A DNA stretch of 64,000 bases from Octopus sinensis (Eukaryota), in contig NC_042997.1 of the NCBI RefSeq assembly GCF_006345805.1, forward strand, positions 48,670,001 through 48,734,000, written 5' to 3'. The position numbers and the translations under genes were made by a program. The notes under the pieces are model-generated. The model did no database searches, was not told the origin of the DNA, and saw only the letters and a program-made list of their open reading frames with translations. Shown here piece by piece: positions 13,876-26,320 of this stretch; the first letter of the stretch is position 1, and every line of letters begins with the position of its first letter.

Positions 13876-15793
13876 GCAGATTTGTATGTTTTATGTATGT
13901 ATTCTCATGCATATAGTTGCATATCTAGGCATACTCATATATATTTAAATGATAAACTTCTTGAAAGTTTTGTAGATGTTTACAGTTCCAATGAAGGATT
14001 GGATCTGTAGTCTTCGAATTAGCTTTCACCTTTCTGGTTTCGAGAAGCCTAACTTCTCAAGATTGGTATTTAGACAGTGTGTTACATACCAGGGCACATG
14101 AACTTGTAATCTGGATAGAATAACTGCAGATTTATCAATATTTCAGCATAGGTGTTCTCTTTTTCACTGATCTTCAGCTTTATGTTAACATCCGCTGGGC
14201 AGCTAAATTCCACAGCTGTGGGCAGTTTCTCTTCTCTATCCCACATCATTATATCAGGTCTGCTGTGCTTACATTTTATTGAGGTCTTCACAAGTACATT
14301 CCACCAGTGTTTCTTTTTATATGAGTGGTTATGGCTGCTACCATATTGTGGGTTCTTATTTCTTTGTCTTCGGGATTATCCTTCCGACGGATTTCATTAT
14401 AGAGTGTCCTAGTTACGTCATGTCTCATCGGTAGATAATACTGCGATAACATTTTTGGACACCTGCTTATGAAGTGGCTGACATCTTCAGTGTGAAATCC
14501 ACAAAGTCTGCATCGGTTGTCACACTTTACGACTTTACCTGCATCTCTATCCCTTTTGTGCATCAGGTACTTGGTTGATATTTCCTCTTTCTGGATTTCA
14601 AACGCATATCCTTCAAAGTGGGAGGTAGTAATCTGGCTATGGGACCATGATTTGATGATAAATGTCACTATCATCACGAAGCTTTCTAGTAACGTATCGA
14701 TGCATAGTCTTCTGCTCATATAGACTCATCGTTTCCTCTGATGATACGTTGCGGTAGAGTCGTGCGACTTCTTTGGGCATGTATTCTCGGTTATCAGACA
14801 AAGAGTGTTGCTTAAGGATCTGCCTTCCAGATCTTATGATGTTATCAGCCTCATGTATGCAAACTTGGTCAAGGGATGCACTTCGACACTAAGTGGTTAA
14901 AAGATGATGCTGAAAAGGTATGATACGACATTCAAATGCATTTTGGGTCGAACTCATACCTCTTCCGTCTTGTTTCCGTTTTAGGTAGAGACGGTCTACA
15001 TCACTGTTTATGTGGAAATTATGTATGCTTGTTAGTATTTTTCGGGTTTTCACATCAATGACTTGGATCTCATCAACCGTCCAATCAAGCAGCCTAAATT
15101 TTGGTATGAGTACTGGCACTGCAAACACATTGGAATCCACTGTTTTATTGAATCCAGGGAGTTCTGAAGTCCAAATTTTCTTTAATTGGGTGAAATATTT
15201 TCTAGTGACACGTGTTTTGTTGCAGGTGGCACTGTAAGATATATTTTCATCCACCCATAGCTACCTGTAACATTCCTGGTCAGATACAGGAAAACAGTCA
15301 AATCATTAATGAAGATGTTATTTGTCTGGTTAATAATTTTCTCCCTTTTCATAACCATATAACAGCATTTATCCTGACCACACTCCAATCCTACATCATT
15401 TGAGAATGTTGGAAGTAGGTCAAGGCTCTTTTTCGTCTCATGCACATTGTTTGCGTAAAGTTTTAAGTCATCCACAAAGAAGCAGTGTGTAATGTTGGTA
15501 CTTCTGTTTCCTTGTGGACCAGTGAGATATCCTTCAGAATTCCTTAACATGAATGACAAGGGGTTTACAGAAAGTATAAACAATATTACAGGGATGCTAT
15601 CTTCTTGGAATATGCCTTTGCGATATTGTATTCTATCGGTGATAATACATTCACTCTTTGTGTTTGATTTCAAGATGGTGGCCCACGATGAAGTCCGCTC
15701 AGCTACGGTTTTGACTATTCTCACTGGAACTTTAGCAAGTTGAAGGGCTTCTAGTAACCATGAGTGAGGAACAGAGTCAACAGCTTTCTTGTA
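13876..15793 (-). mobile_element. 5'-truncated R4-type non-LTR retrotransposon (RT, CCHC, REL), frameshifted
   Basis: YKKAVDSVPHSWLLEAL, RKGIFQEDSIPVILF, HCFFVDDLKLYA, RLYLKRKQDGRG, CRLCGFHTEDVSHFISRC, RHD and RPDIMMWD...VEFSCP...EKENTY. (TATG)n lies on both sides. Confidence 0.92.
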
Positions 15794-16504
15794 TGTATAT
15801 AGGTATGTACATAAGCATGTATGTACGTAAGTACATATGTATGTATGTATGTGTGTATGTATGTATGAATGTGTGTATGTATGTATTTATGTATGTTTGT
15901 AGGTAGGCAGGTAAGCAGGTAGATTATCATATCTGTATGAATATATGCACACGCGTATGTATGTATTTATCTAAGTATGTCTGTATGCTTGCATATGCGT
16001 ATGCAGGTATGTGTATGTTAGTGTGAGTGCACGGCAGAGTGCTTATAGCATTGTAATCAAGGTCGTAAATATAAGCCTTTCGAAAAACTTACCCGCAACC
16101 GTGAATAAAGCGGACGGACTTATAACAATGTAAGCAAAGAATCACTTTCATATATATGTGTGTATCTCAATTAATTTCCGTATGTGTGTGGGGGAGCGCG
16201 CGTGTGTATGAGTGTGCACGTGCGTGTGAATGTGTATGTGTGAGTTTGTGTGTGTGTGTGTGCGCGCGTGCATGGGGCATGTGTGTATGTGTATTAAGTT
16301 AAAATGTGAAATATCACAAGCTTAAAAATATTAACAGAATATGAGGCCGATAACTAGCGTATAGTCAGATATACCAAATACATTTATTGTCTGTAACTTC
16401 GAGGTTTCTCCGATTGTATGACGTATACAAGCTAAGAATCAATTCGGCAAAACTTCGAAGTCACATCAAAATAGCAGATATGTATGCGAGTGTGTATTTC
16501 TATA

Positions 16505-16915
16505 GGCGCAGGAGTGGCTGTGTGGTAAGTAGCTTGCTTACCAACCACATGGTTCCGGGTTCAGTCCCACAGCGTGGCACCTTGGGCAAGTGTCTTCTAC
16601 TATAGCCTTGGGCCGACCAAAGCCTTGTGAGTGGATTTGGTAGACGGAAACTGAAAGAAGCCCGTCGTATATATGTATATATATATGTGTGCGTGTGTGT
16701 GTTTGTGTGTCTGTGTTTGTCCCCCTAGCATTGCTTGACAACCGATGCTGTTGTGTTTATGTCCCCGTTACTTAGCGGTTCGGCAAAAGAGACCGATAGA
16801 ATAAGTACTGGGCTTACAAAAGAATAAGTCCCGGGGTCGAGTTGCTCGATTAAAGGCGGTGCTCCAGCATGGCTGCAGTCAAATGACTGAAACAAGTAAA
16901 AGAGTAAAAGAGTAT
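16505..16915 (+). mobile_element. Full tRNA-derived SINE, family A+B, with internal (TA)/(TG) tract
   Basis: Box A/B-like head (ggctgtgtggtaag / gggttcagtccc), ccttgggcaagtgtc, and 3' part ending gactgaaacaagtaaaagag. A second full copy lies at 58862-59255. Confidence 0.9.
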
Positions 16916-17122
16916 ACATACATATACTAGATTGAGCACCTAAATGCGAAGCATGGTGGAAGATATATATACATACATACACACACACACACATATATAT
17001 ACAGGTTGAAAATATGTGGAAAACAGATAAAAAGTGAAACTGAAATGATTTCATTTCACATAGTTTAATATCTTTTTATAAAGACATTTTTAAAGATATA
17101 TACATATTTTATGGATGTTGTG

Positions 17123-17168
17123 ATATCCAACCGGTTTTCGCTATTTAAATTAGCTTTTCAAGGGACAT
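17123..17168 (-). ncRNA. Minimal type I hammerhead-like ribozyme (U3-A8 core), PLE-associated
   Basis: Minus strand AUGUCC-C-UUGAAAA-GCUA AUUUAAA UAGC-GAAA-ACCGGU-U-GGAUAU, about 85 nt downstream of the GIY-YIG ORF stop. Confidence 0.55.
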
Positions 17169-17250
17169 TGTGAAGTAATCAATTCTTGTGACAAATAAGA
17201 ATGAGTCTAGAGAGTGGACCAAGGGACACAATAGGTGACAAGGGGGACAA

Positions 17251-17620
17251 CTAACTCTTTTTATAATTTTTGAAGTGGTCAAGTTTGTATATTAAGGTGT
17301 GGTCTTTGCATTGGTATAATGAAAAGATAAGGAAATTCGGCGTTTTATTTCTTGCGCATCTGTCGATATATTCGCTCTGGGTTATCTGCCTGTATTGAGG
17401 AAAATAAATCTGTTCTTTATGCAGCATGACTCTGCGTCTCAAAGTTAGGTTCGTTTAGCCCACATAATTGTGGCCACAACCCGAACAGGTTCGGACATAT
17501 TAAAGGTTCTGGGAAGCACATGTGAAGTTGATTTTAATCCTTGCAGGATTGTGAATGCCGAGCCTTCAGTTAGGCAAGGGTATGTACCACAATTAGGTTG
17601 TCTTCATTTTTTAACTGTTG
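17251..17620 (-). mobile_element. PLE GIY-YIG endonuclease remnant
   Basis: PNCGTYPCL, TCASQNL.YVRTCSGCGHNYVG.TNLTLRRRVMLHKEQI and FSLYQC; similar to the GIY-YIG at 21896-22591. Confidence 0.75.
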
Positions 17621-17629
17621 GTATCGTGT

Positions 17630-17790
17630 GTATTGAACATCCTAAACGCACTAAAATAAATATCTCGTTCACTCTAGCAAAAAGGATCTGGCAAAAAGTA
17701 TCTAACACAACCACTCAGGAACTTCGCCTACAAGACCTCAAAATAACACTCATTGAACATCAATACCCACCTGCACTTATAGACCATGGA
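17630..17790 (+). mobile_element. PLE RT thumb fragment, inverted relative to the adjacent GIY-YIG
   Basis: HPKRTKINISFTLAKRIWQKVSNTTTQELRLQDLKITLIEHQYPPALIDHG parallels HPSHIKRNIPYCMARRICTIVRDTATRNTRLDEL at 22625-22760. Confidence 0.7.
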
Positions 17791-18642
17791 AAACTTCTAT
17801 AAGATCCAGAAGATAGTGTGTACCACATCCCATATGGAAATATGACTGCCTCCCTTGAATAACTGAAGAGCAAGGTATTTCCAAACATTGCCACAAACTA
17901 TAACAATCACAAGTGGCTAAGTGAAAGAACAATTCTGGCACCAGGGAATGATGCTGTAGACAAGCTGAATCTAAATTTGTTGTCTCAGCTTCCAGGCCCT
18001 GAATGCTCATACAGATCTACTAACTCTGTCCCTGATGAAGAACAGGCAACGCATTACACGGTGGAGTTCCTGAACTAACTTCACCACACATTCTGATCAT
18101 GAAAACAGATGCTCCCATAATGCTATTAAGAAATCTTGATGCGCTCACACACTGCAATGGAACATGGTTGTTAAAACAGCCATGCTCCAAGTGTTGGAAG
18201 CAACAATATTTACAGGCAACATCATGGGTGAGAAAGTATTCATTCCAAGGATACTTCTCATCTCAAATGATCTTCCTTTCAGTTCAAGAGACTGCAGTTT
18301 CCTGTCCAACTTAGCTTTGCAATGTCTATCAACAAAGCACAAGGTCAATCTCTAGAGGTGGTGGGACTTAACCTCCTTCAACCTTGCTTCTCACATGGTC
18401 AGCTGTATGTTGTATGTTCTAGAGTTTAGAAGAACCTCTACATTCTCAGTGATAGACATGGCAAGACAGAAAACGTAGCATATGAAGAAGCACTTACCTG
18501 AATAGTAGGTCCGTGTCATATACAGAAGTGTAAAATTATTGAGTGTTAAAGTATTACTATTACACTTTCACTTTTCGACTGACATGTGTGAATGTATATC
18601 TGTGTGTATAAAAGTGAAACAATAATGTGATATATTCACTGT

Positions 18643-18691
<49 letters not shown>

Positions 18692-18945
18692 CTACGCAGA
18701 GCTTTTCATTGTTTATAATCTGTACCTGTTTTTTGTTTACGAAAAAGTTACACAAACGTGTATATACTTTATATACCTATATGAGTTGAAATCTTTCTTT
18801 TCACATTTCACTTAACGTCTATGTCCCATGCCAGCAAGGATTACAGAGTTATGTAGAAAGTTGCTACTAGCAGTTGAGACCTGTGTAATCTAGACGGCGT
18901 TTATAAATTTTATCATTTTCATTGGCCCGGGCAACGCCGGGTATT
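17790..18945 (+). mobile_element. Helitron 3' remnant: PIF1-type helicase pseudogene plus subterminal hairpin
   Basis: KVFPNIATNYNNHKWLSERTILAPGNDAVD, APIMLLRNLD, EATIFTGN..GEKVFIPRI, AMSINKAQGQSL and FSHGQLYV. Hairpin cccgg-gcaacg-ccggg at 18926-18941; the terminal CTAG is not preserved. Confidence 0.88.
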
Positions 18946-19409
18946 TCTTCTTACCTCTTCTCCCACTATCTTATCCTATTACTCTGTCACGCTTTCTTCC
19001 TCATTCCTCCTCCCTTGCTCATGTGGCTCCCACGTGACCATCGGCCATCTTTCTTCCTCTCCGTTGTATCTAGTACAAATAAGACGTGTTCTGGTTTGTC
19101 TCCTGTCCTAGCTTGATGTACGCATTTGCCACCACAACCTCGTTTAGGCTTAGCAGCCCTTCTTGTTTGTGTTACCAATTGTGACCCTCCACAAATTCCC
19201 AAATTTTATTTAATATGCTTTGCGGGAGCAACTTTTTATCGAAAGCGTATATTGTTGTTAATTGCTCGAAATACGAGACTAGAAAAAACAGCCAACAACA
19301 GTTGAAGAGACGTTCTTTACATTGTTTGTTTTGTTTTCCATTTGTGTCTTTCGTTGTTCGAAAGAATTTTTGTTGTATACATTTCGTGACGTGCTGTGCT
19401 TACATATGC

Positions 19410-19476
<67 letters not shown>

Positions 19477-19519
19477 ACACATATAGATGTAAGTACGTAC
19501 ATATACGTATGCATATATG

Positions 19520-19560
<41 letters not shown>

Positions 19561-19568
<8 letters not shown>

Positions 19569-19810
19569 GTTGTATACTGTCAATCTAACAAGAACGTGAC
19601 AGTAGGGGATACACCACCGCTGTATAGCCCTGGGAAGCATCGAACGCCTCCTGATGGCTTTGACACATTTTCCCTGTGTCCTTATATAAATATAAGGGAA
19701 AAATGTGTGAAAGCCATCAGGAGGCGTTCGATGCTTCCTAGGGCTATACAGCGGTGGTGTACCTCCTACTGTCACGTTCTTGTTAGATTGACAGTATACA
19801 ACCATTCTAT
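19561..19810. mobile_element. 250 bp foldback/palindromic element (MITE-like)
   Basis: Arms 19561-19675 and 19695-19810 are reverse complements with about 4 substitutions and 1 indel; 19 nt spacer. Confidence 0.85.
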
Positions 19811-19875
19811 CGCCCCACCACCGTACATGTCTCTACGAGAGATTTAGAAATTCAATATTTCTTATATATATATAC

Positions 19876-19923
<48 letters not shown>

Positions 19924-19924
<1 letters not shown>

Positions 19925-20143
19925 GAAATACAATAAGAGGCTCCCAAAATAGGAAAGCCTTGTGCCAGAAAGAGCAGGAGAAACTCAAAACCACCAAAAA
20001 AGGATAAATTTTCGAAAGGAATGAACATTAATAATGTTTACCATCTCAATTATTTCCCAGACCATGGTTTCTAACTATTTCCCGCAAAAAAACATTTGCT
20101 GAAGGCCAGTTTCATCAGTGGGACAGCCTCTTATTGTATTTCT
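19924..20143. mobile_element. ~220 bp MITE with ~23-25 bp TIRs
   Basis: agaaatacaataagaggct--ccca (19924-19946) and tgggacagcctcttattgtatttct (20119-20143) are inverted repeats. Confidence 0.7.
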
Positions 20144-20227
20144 ATGTGAATAATATATAGTCTAATGACTAATTCGTTTTTGTGCTATTATTATATGATT
20201 GAAAGCTACGCATCCTCTTCCAAGTAA

Positions 20228-20262
<35 letters not shown>

Positions 20263-20265
<3 letters not shown>

Positions 20266-20643
20266 GGCGCAATGGCCCAGTGGTTAGGGCAGCGGACTCG
20301 CGGTCGTAGGATCGCGGTTTCGATTCCCAGACCGGGCGTTGTGAGTGTTATTGAGCGAAAACACCTAAAGCTCCACGAGGCTCCGGCAGGGGATGGTGGT
20401 GATCCCTGCTGTACTCTTTCACCACAACTTTCTCTCACTCTTACTTCCTGTTTCTGTTGTACCTGTATTTCAAAGGGCCGGCCTTGTCACTCTCTGTGTC
20501 ACGCTGAATATCCCCGAGAACTGCGTTAAGGGTACACGTGTCTGTGGAATGCTCAGCCACTTACACGTTAATTTCACGAGCAGGCTGTTCCGTTGATCGG
20601 ATCAACCGGAACCCTCGTCGTCGTTACCGACGGAGTGCTTCCA
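20263..20643 (+). mobile_element. tRNA-derived SINE, family C
   Basis: Head ggcgcaatggcccagtggttaggg...ggtttcgattccc and tail ccctcgtcgtcgttaccgacggagtg. Homologues at 43740 and 60050. Confidence 0.9.
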
Positions 20644-21895
20644 CCATATATGAAAGAAAAAAGGTGTTCAGAATGCTGGATGGTTGTAAAAATATATATT
20701 TATTTATTACATATCACATATTATTTCTTCATATTAGCGCTTTCAACTACTGCTGTAGCTTCATCAGAAATGTCAGTTTGTAAAGTTTTGCCTGTATTTA
20801 TATTATTGGAAAACGAAGTGGGGAGAGAGAGAGAGAGAAGGAGGGAGTGATAGGGAGAAAGAGGGATGGCGAAAGTGAAAGAGAGAGAGAATATGGGTGT
20901 GTGTGTGTTTTAAAACTGTGTATTTTTCTCTTTTTTGGGGTCTTTTTGTATTGTTTGGATGGGCCTTGTAAGAAATGGAAAGAGAGAAGGAAAAAGAGGG
21001 TTTGAGAGGGTTTGTTTTTCAATAGTAAGAGTGTTGCTATGTACACCCAACGTATATCCTTACATATAAACATATATATATATATATATATCCACATACA
21101 CTCACATATATATATATACACATATGGAGGAACCTATTGTGTGTGTACATTTTCATAAACATTCATACATACATGTACTGTGTGTTCTTGAAAATGAGAA
21201 ATAAAGACGGGAAAACAATAAAATATAAAACTAAAAATATAAAGAAAATATTGTGTCCATTCTTTACTTGGCACTCCCTCGGGTTTCTAAAAGAACGGGT
21301 GTTTGACCATTTAATGTTTTTTTATATATATATACACCTAAACACATATCAATATGTGTACATGCATACACACATACATACACACACACACATATATATA
21401 TATATATACATACACACACATACATATACAAATATACATGCACACACATACATACATGTACACACGCATACACACACACATGTGAACATATATATGTACG
21501 CACAAATATATACACATACACATGCATACCCACATATAGAACCACACATATATACATACACATACATATACTTGCATACATACATATATACACGACCACA
21601 TATATCAACATATATATATAAAATATATATAAAAATATACAAACTTTTCTGTACATATATATATATATATATACACGTCCATATGCATATAAGCATGTAT
21701 AATCACATGCATACATAATCATAAGTTTAAGATTCATAACTGTATATATAAAAAAAAGAAAAGGGAGAATTCTTTCATTTGTATATAAAGATATAGGAGG
21801 AGGTTTTTTCTTTCTTTTTTGTGTGTATCACATATTTTAACATATATTTTTTCTTTATCATTATCACTGTTTGATTTTTTACTACTTTTACTTTT

Positions 21896-22910
21896 TTAGC
21901 CGTTCAATTTTGGGCTAAATTTTTCTATAAAGTGCAGTTCCATAGCTTTACTGTATTCCGGGTCATTCCGTGCGCATTTGTAGAATGGAATAATTTTAAA
22001 TTTTCCATTTCCGCATAATTTTAGGTGTTTGCTAAATGGTATCTTGCGTAACTCTTCCTGTTTTATATGTTGTCTATGTATTCTGGCGCGTTGACAGAGG
22101 GAGTTGTTCGTTTCGACAATATAGTTTTCCTTGCAGTTTAGGCAAGTAATGCAATATATGAGGTTTTGCGTTTTGCAAGTCATATTAGCATTAATCTTAA
22201 AGAGAGGGCCATTTTTGAATTTTAAGTAGGGACCACATTGTAGGTATTTGTAATTATTGTCGTTGTTGCATGTTCCGCATCTTTTGTCTCCACATTCTGT
22301 TATTGAGCATTCTGGTCCCTTCTCCGATCTGAATTCTACCCTTGTAAGGTGCTTTTTAAGGTTCTTTGGTTGGCGTTTGCTGTTGAGTAAGATTTTTTTG
22401 TGCATCAGGTTCCTCCTTTTAGGGCTTTGTAGAAGGATGGGTAAGTTTGATTTTACGTCCTGGAAAATATTTGTTATGCCAGGACTGTGTGTGGAGACGA
22501 ATGGTATTGTTTGTTTATTGTTTTTTTCTTTTGGTGTCCTTAATTTGGTGATGTTGAGTTTCAATGCCTTTTTAAAACCTTCCTTTATCAAACCTGAAGG
22601 GTATTTTTGTATTTCGAGGAAGTCCTAGAGTTCGTCGAGTCTAGTGTTTCGTGTTGCAGTGTCTCTTACTATAGTGCATATGCGTCTTGCCATGCAGTAG
22701 GGTATATTTCTTTTAATGTGTGATGGGTGGCAAGAGTCAAAGTTAAGATAGTGATGTGTGTCTGTTTTGTTTTTGTAATAAATGTCTGTAGTTACTCTGC
22801 AATTTTTTATTTTTATGAGAATGTCCAGGAATGGTAATTCCTTAAAGTTGGATTCTGTAGTAAATTGTATGGATGGGTGCAATTTGTTCAATATCTCTTT
22901 ACATTTACAC
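21896..22910 (-). mobile_element. 5'-truncated Penelope-like element (RT thumb plus GIY-YIG)
   Basis: LHPSIQFT, LPFLDILI, TDIYYK..TDTHHYLNFDSCHP, CGDKRCGTC, CKTQNLIYCITCLNCKENYIVET and KFSPKLNG*. The 5' end abuts (CA)n. Confidence 0.92.
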
Positions 22911-22922
22911 ATGCACACACAA

Positions 22923-22964
<42 letters not shown>

Positions 22965-23340
22965 CCACCCCATTTATATATATATATATATATATTCAAT
23001 AACGAAGTAATGGCAGTGCTAGCGTTGTCGACCGCAGCTCCTTAATGTATGTACTTTGGTTTCTCGCCGATTCGCTGTAGCATAGCGCCCGGGAGTTGAC
23101 ATCTTCCTTTCTCTGGTTGTTAAAATCCTATCCAATTTTTGTCACTTATCAACTTCACGCGCGTTAAACGAACCGGAGTCGCACTGGATTGCTACTCTTT
23201 CGTAACGTATGAATAGTGTAAAAGTGATTTACTGGTATGGGATCGGAGTCTAGGTGCCTCGACACTTTCATGTGTTGTAACAATGAAATTTCGTCCACTG
23301 GAAATTGAAGTGCAGCCGATAATGTATATATGTACATGAA

Positions 23341-23381
<41 letters not shown>

Positions 23382-23436
23382 ATATATATTACATATATCT
23401 TATATATATAATATATATATATATATACGTGTTTGT

Positions 23437-23530
23437 GTGTATGCGTATGTGCGAATGTGTGTGTTTCGCTCGTTACATATTCAAATACAAAGGTGCATAA
23501 CCAAAGTTCTTTGGATATTGACCATTATCT
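23437..23530 (+). repeat. Left arm of inverted repeat
   Basis: Reverse complement of 26594-26683, differing by about one indel in the unique part. Confidence 0.9.
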
Positions 23531-23553
23531 ATCTGTCTATCTATCTATCTATC

Positions 23554-26320
23554 TTCAACGCCAAACACGAAGGATGTGCTGTCAGAGCTAGGATGCGTGC
23601 GCTAAGGAACGAAGGTGTTGGAGCCGCGAGAGAGGCCCGGGTGGCAGAGGCGCAACAGGGCAACAAAGCCACCATTCGGTCCCTGGTAGATGAACAGGGG
23701 CGCGAATTGCTCGAGCCAAGTAAAATGTGTGAGGCCTTTCAGCAGCATTTTGCCCGACTGTTCGGAACGAGTGGAGGGCAAGAACGTAGGGTGGACTTCA
23801 GTGCCTACCTACATAGCCTACCACGACTCTCAACAAGAAAGGCAGGGTGCTGCGAAGGTGCCATCACGGCGGCGGAAGTGCAGGAAGCGATGGCAGAATG
23901 CTCGGGGGACAAATCACCGGGTTTGGATGGTCTACCCTACGAGCTTTACAATTGTATGCCAGACTTGTTTGGAGATCTCTTGGCGGCGGTGTACTGCAAC
24001 TGGCAGAAAAACGGGAGCATTCCGGTTTTGTGAGCCGAGGAGCCGTAACACTGCTGAAGAAAGATCTAAACAAGGGAAATGTAATAGATAACTTTAGGCC
24101 ATCACTCTGCTTAATGCAGACTTGAAAATTTTGGCCAAGGTGCTAGCCAAGAGGTTGGCGCTTGTCATCGAGAAACTGGTCGACAGGGCGCAAACATGCG
24201 CCGTGCCAGGCCGGACCATCCATGACAACCTCCACCTGATGCGCTACATCATAGACAGGGTAGTTAACGAACCTGGCATGGGTGGGGCGCTGATCAATTT
24301 GGATCAATCGAAAGCTTTCGATAGGGTGAACCATCGATACTTGGAGGCGGTCCTCGGAGCGGCTGGCTTCGGTCCCGTCTTCCGCGGCTGGATAGCCGCT
24401 TTGTACAGAGGCATCCGTTCGGTAATTCGCGTGAATGGACATCTATCGAGACCCTTCGACATCGCACGTTCGGTCCGTCAAGGATGCCCCCTCTCGTCGC
24501 TTCTATACGTATTGACTCTCGAGCCATTATTGCGGAAGCTGGCAACCTTGAGAGGCATCCCGCGAGAACTGGGATGCGGGACGAGCGTGTCTGCATACGC
24601 GGACGACGTCACCGTCATAGTGTCTAGCCACGAGCACATCGAGCAGGTCGGCGAGACACTGAAAAACTACGAAGCGGTGACAGGAGCAAAAATCAACCGG
24701 AAAAGTCAGTGGGCTTGCGACTCGGCACCTGGAGAAGAAAGCCCATGCCGTCCACCAGCGCCTCCGTCGTGGGACGCTGGACCGACGGCCCGGTTGAGTT
24801 GCTCGGGGTCTGGTTTGGTCCGGACCTCCAAGTGGAGAAGAACTGGAACGAGATAACGAGTAGGGTGGTCACTCTCGCCCGGCAATGGGCCGAGAGGAAA
24901 CTGTCCCTAAAAGGTCGGGCGGAGATGGCGAACACGTACATCGCGTCCGTCATCTACTACCGCCTGACCGTCGTACCTTGTCCCGACCCTACCATCACCA
25001 AACTACAACGCATTCTCTTTCGCTTCTTGTGGAAAGGATGCGTCCCGATGGTCAGGCGATCCATTTGCTGTCAACACCCGTTAAAAGGATGGCTGGGCAT
25101 GCCGTGGTTGATGATGCGCAGACACGCGCTGAGACTGCGACATCTCTGGCTCTATGTAGACGACGGTGAACAGGTGTGGTCGCCGTTTGTGAGGCACGCT
25201 TTCCCGCAGCTCGTCTCCATGACCGAACTGCAGTCGTGGATCAAAAAGAGGCCGAAGAAAGGCGAATGGCACCGCGAGTGTCGCGTTGCTCTCAAGCAAC
25301 TCTGCCGTCCTGGGTCGACCTTGAGTGACTTCAACACAACCAAAGCATTCTATAGGGGTTTAGTGGAGGGGAGGTACGACGACGAGCTCTGGGCGAACCT
25401 GGACGTCGACGAGGAGTACCTGACCCGCCTGTTCATGACGACTTTCGGGCCAGGGCCCATGGACAACTTCCAGAGATCCCTGGCCTGGCAGTGCTACCGA
25501 GAAGCGCTACCCGTTCGGGATAAGCTCTACAGACACAGCTCGAGAAACACGGGGCCGACCTGCCCGAGATGCGGGCAGAGCGACGAAACCGTTCTGCACG
25601 CACTCGTGCAGTGTCCAACAATTTCCGACCTGTGGGCTTGTGTCGAACAACTGCTGTCACGTGTGGGACGAGTCGGTTTATCAGCTGAGTCTATCGTTAA
25701 TATTGTCACGCCTCCCTCCTTCAAACGGGAAGGAAGAGCTATTTCATCATCCTTGTGGCTATGGCGAAAGAATGTATCTAGTGGACGCGTCTGAAAGGAT
25801 TGGAGACAAACACTTTCCTCTCTGGTCAATCTCTCATCACTTCTTCAAGTACCACTTGAAAAGGAAAGTGAGAGTAGAGAGGCAAGTTTTGTCTAGCGAA
25901 TGTTTTAAAAAAAGATGGGTGAATGTAGCAAGAATGGCACGTATGAATGACGAAGCCACCTTGAGCATGATCCTATGAACCAGAAATTGAAAACAGAGAG
26001 TTGCTTATTTGCAAAAAAAAAAAAAAAAAGAAATATAAAATGTAACTCCATTGACCGAGGTTACCGTGGTCTTTTCCGTAGGCTTTTCTTTCCACGGGTA
26101 AACCTCACCTGTCCTCCCCTTTACACTTCATATTGACATTTCTGTGATAACGATCCTATTGATCAATTTTTTTTTTTTTTCTCCCCCCTTTTTTGTCCTC
26201 TTTCTCTCCTTTTACGATCCCTTTTGATCGAAACTCCCCCTTCCTTTTTTTTCAAAAGAAAAGCTCTACCTTGTAATTTGTTCTATCTGTGTGCAGCCCT
26301 GTGTGGCTAATAAAGAAACA
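23554..26320 (+). mobile_element. 5'-truncated Tx1/L1-clade LINE, ORF2 with frameshifts
   Basis: KSPGLDGLPYELY, NFRP, KILAKVLAKRL, DQSKAFDRVNH, VRQGCPLSSLLY, SAYADDVTV and CPRCGQSDETVLHALVQC. The 3' UTR ends aataaagaaaca; (TATC)n lies on both sides. Confidence 0.93.

Noticed and set aside
16093-16118. 26 bp minus-strand candidate microexon with a gtaagt donor
   Set aside because: Cannot be distinguished from chance without transcripts.
20263-20335. tRNA-like heads (also at 16505, 43740, 50240)
   Set aside because: Box A/B are present, but they continue into SINE bodies without a complete cloverleaf, so they are not tRNA genes.
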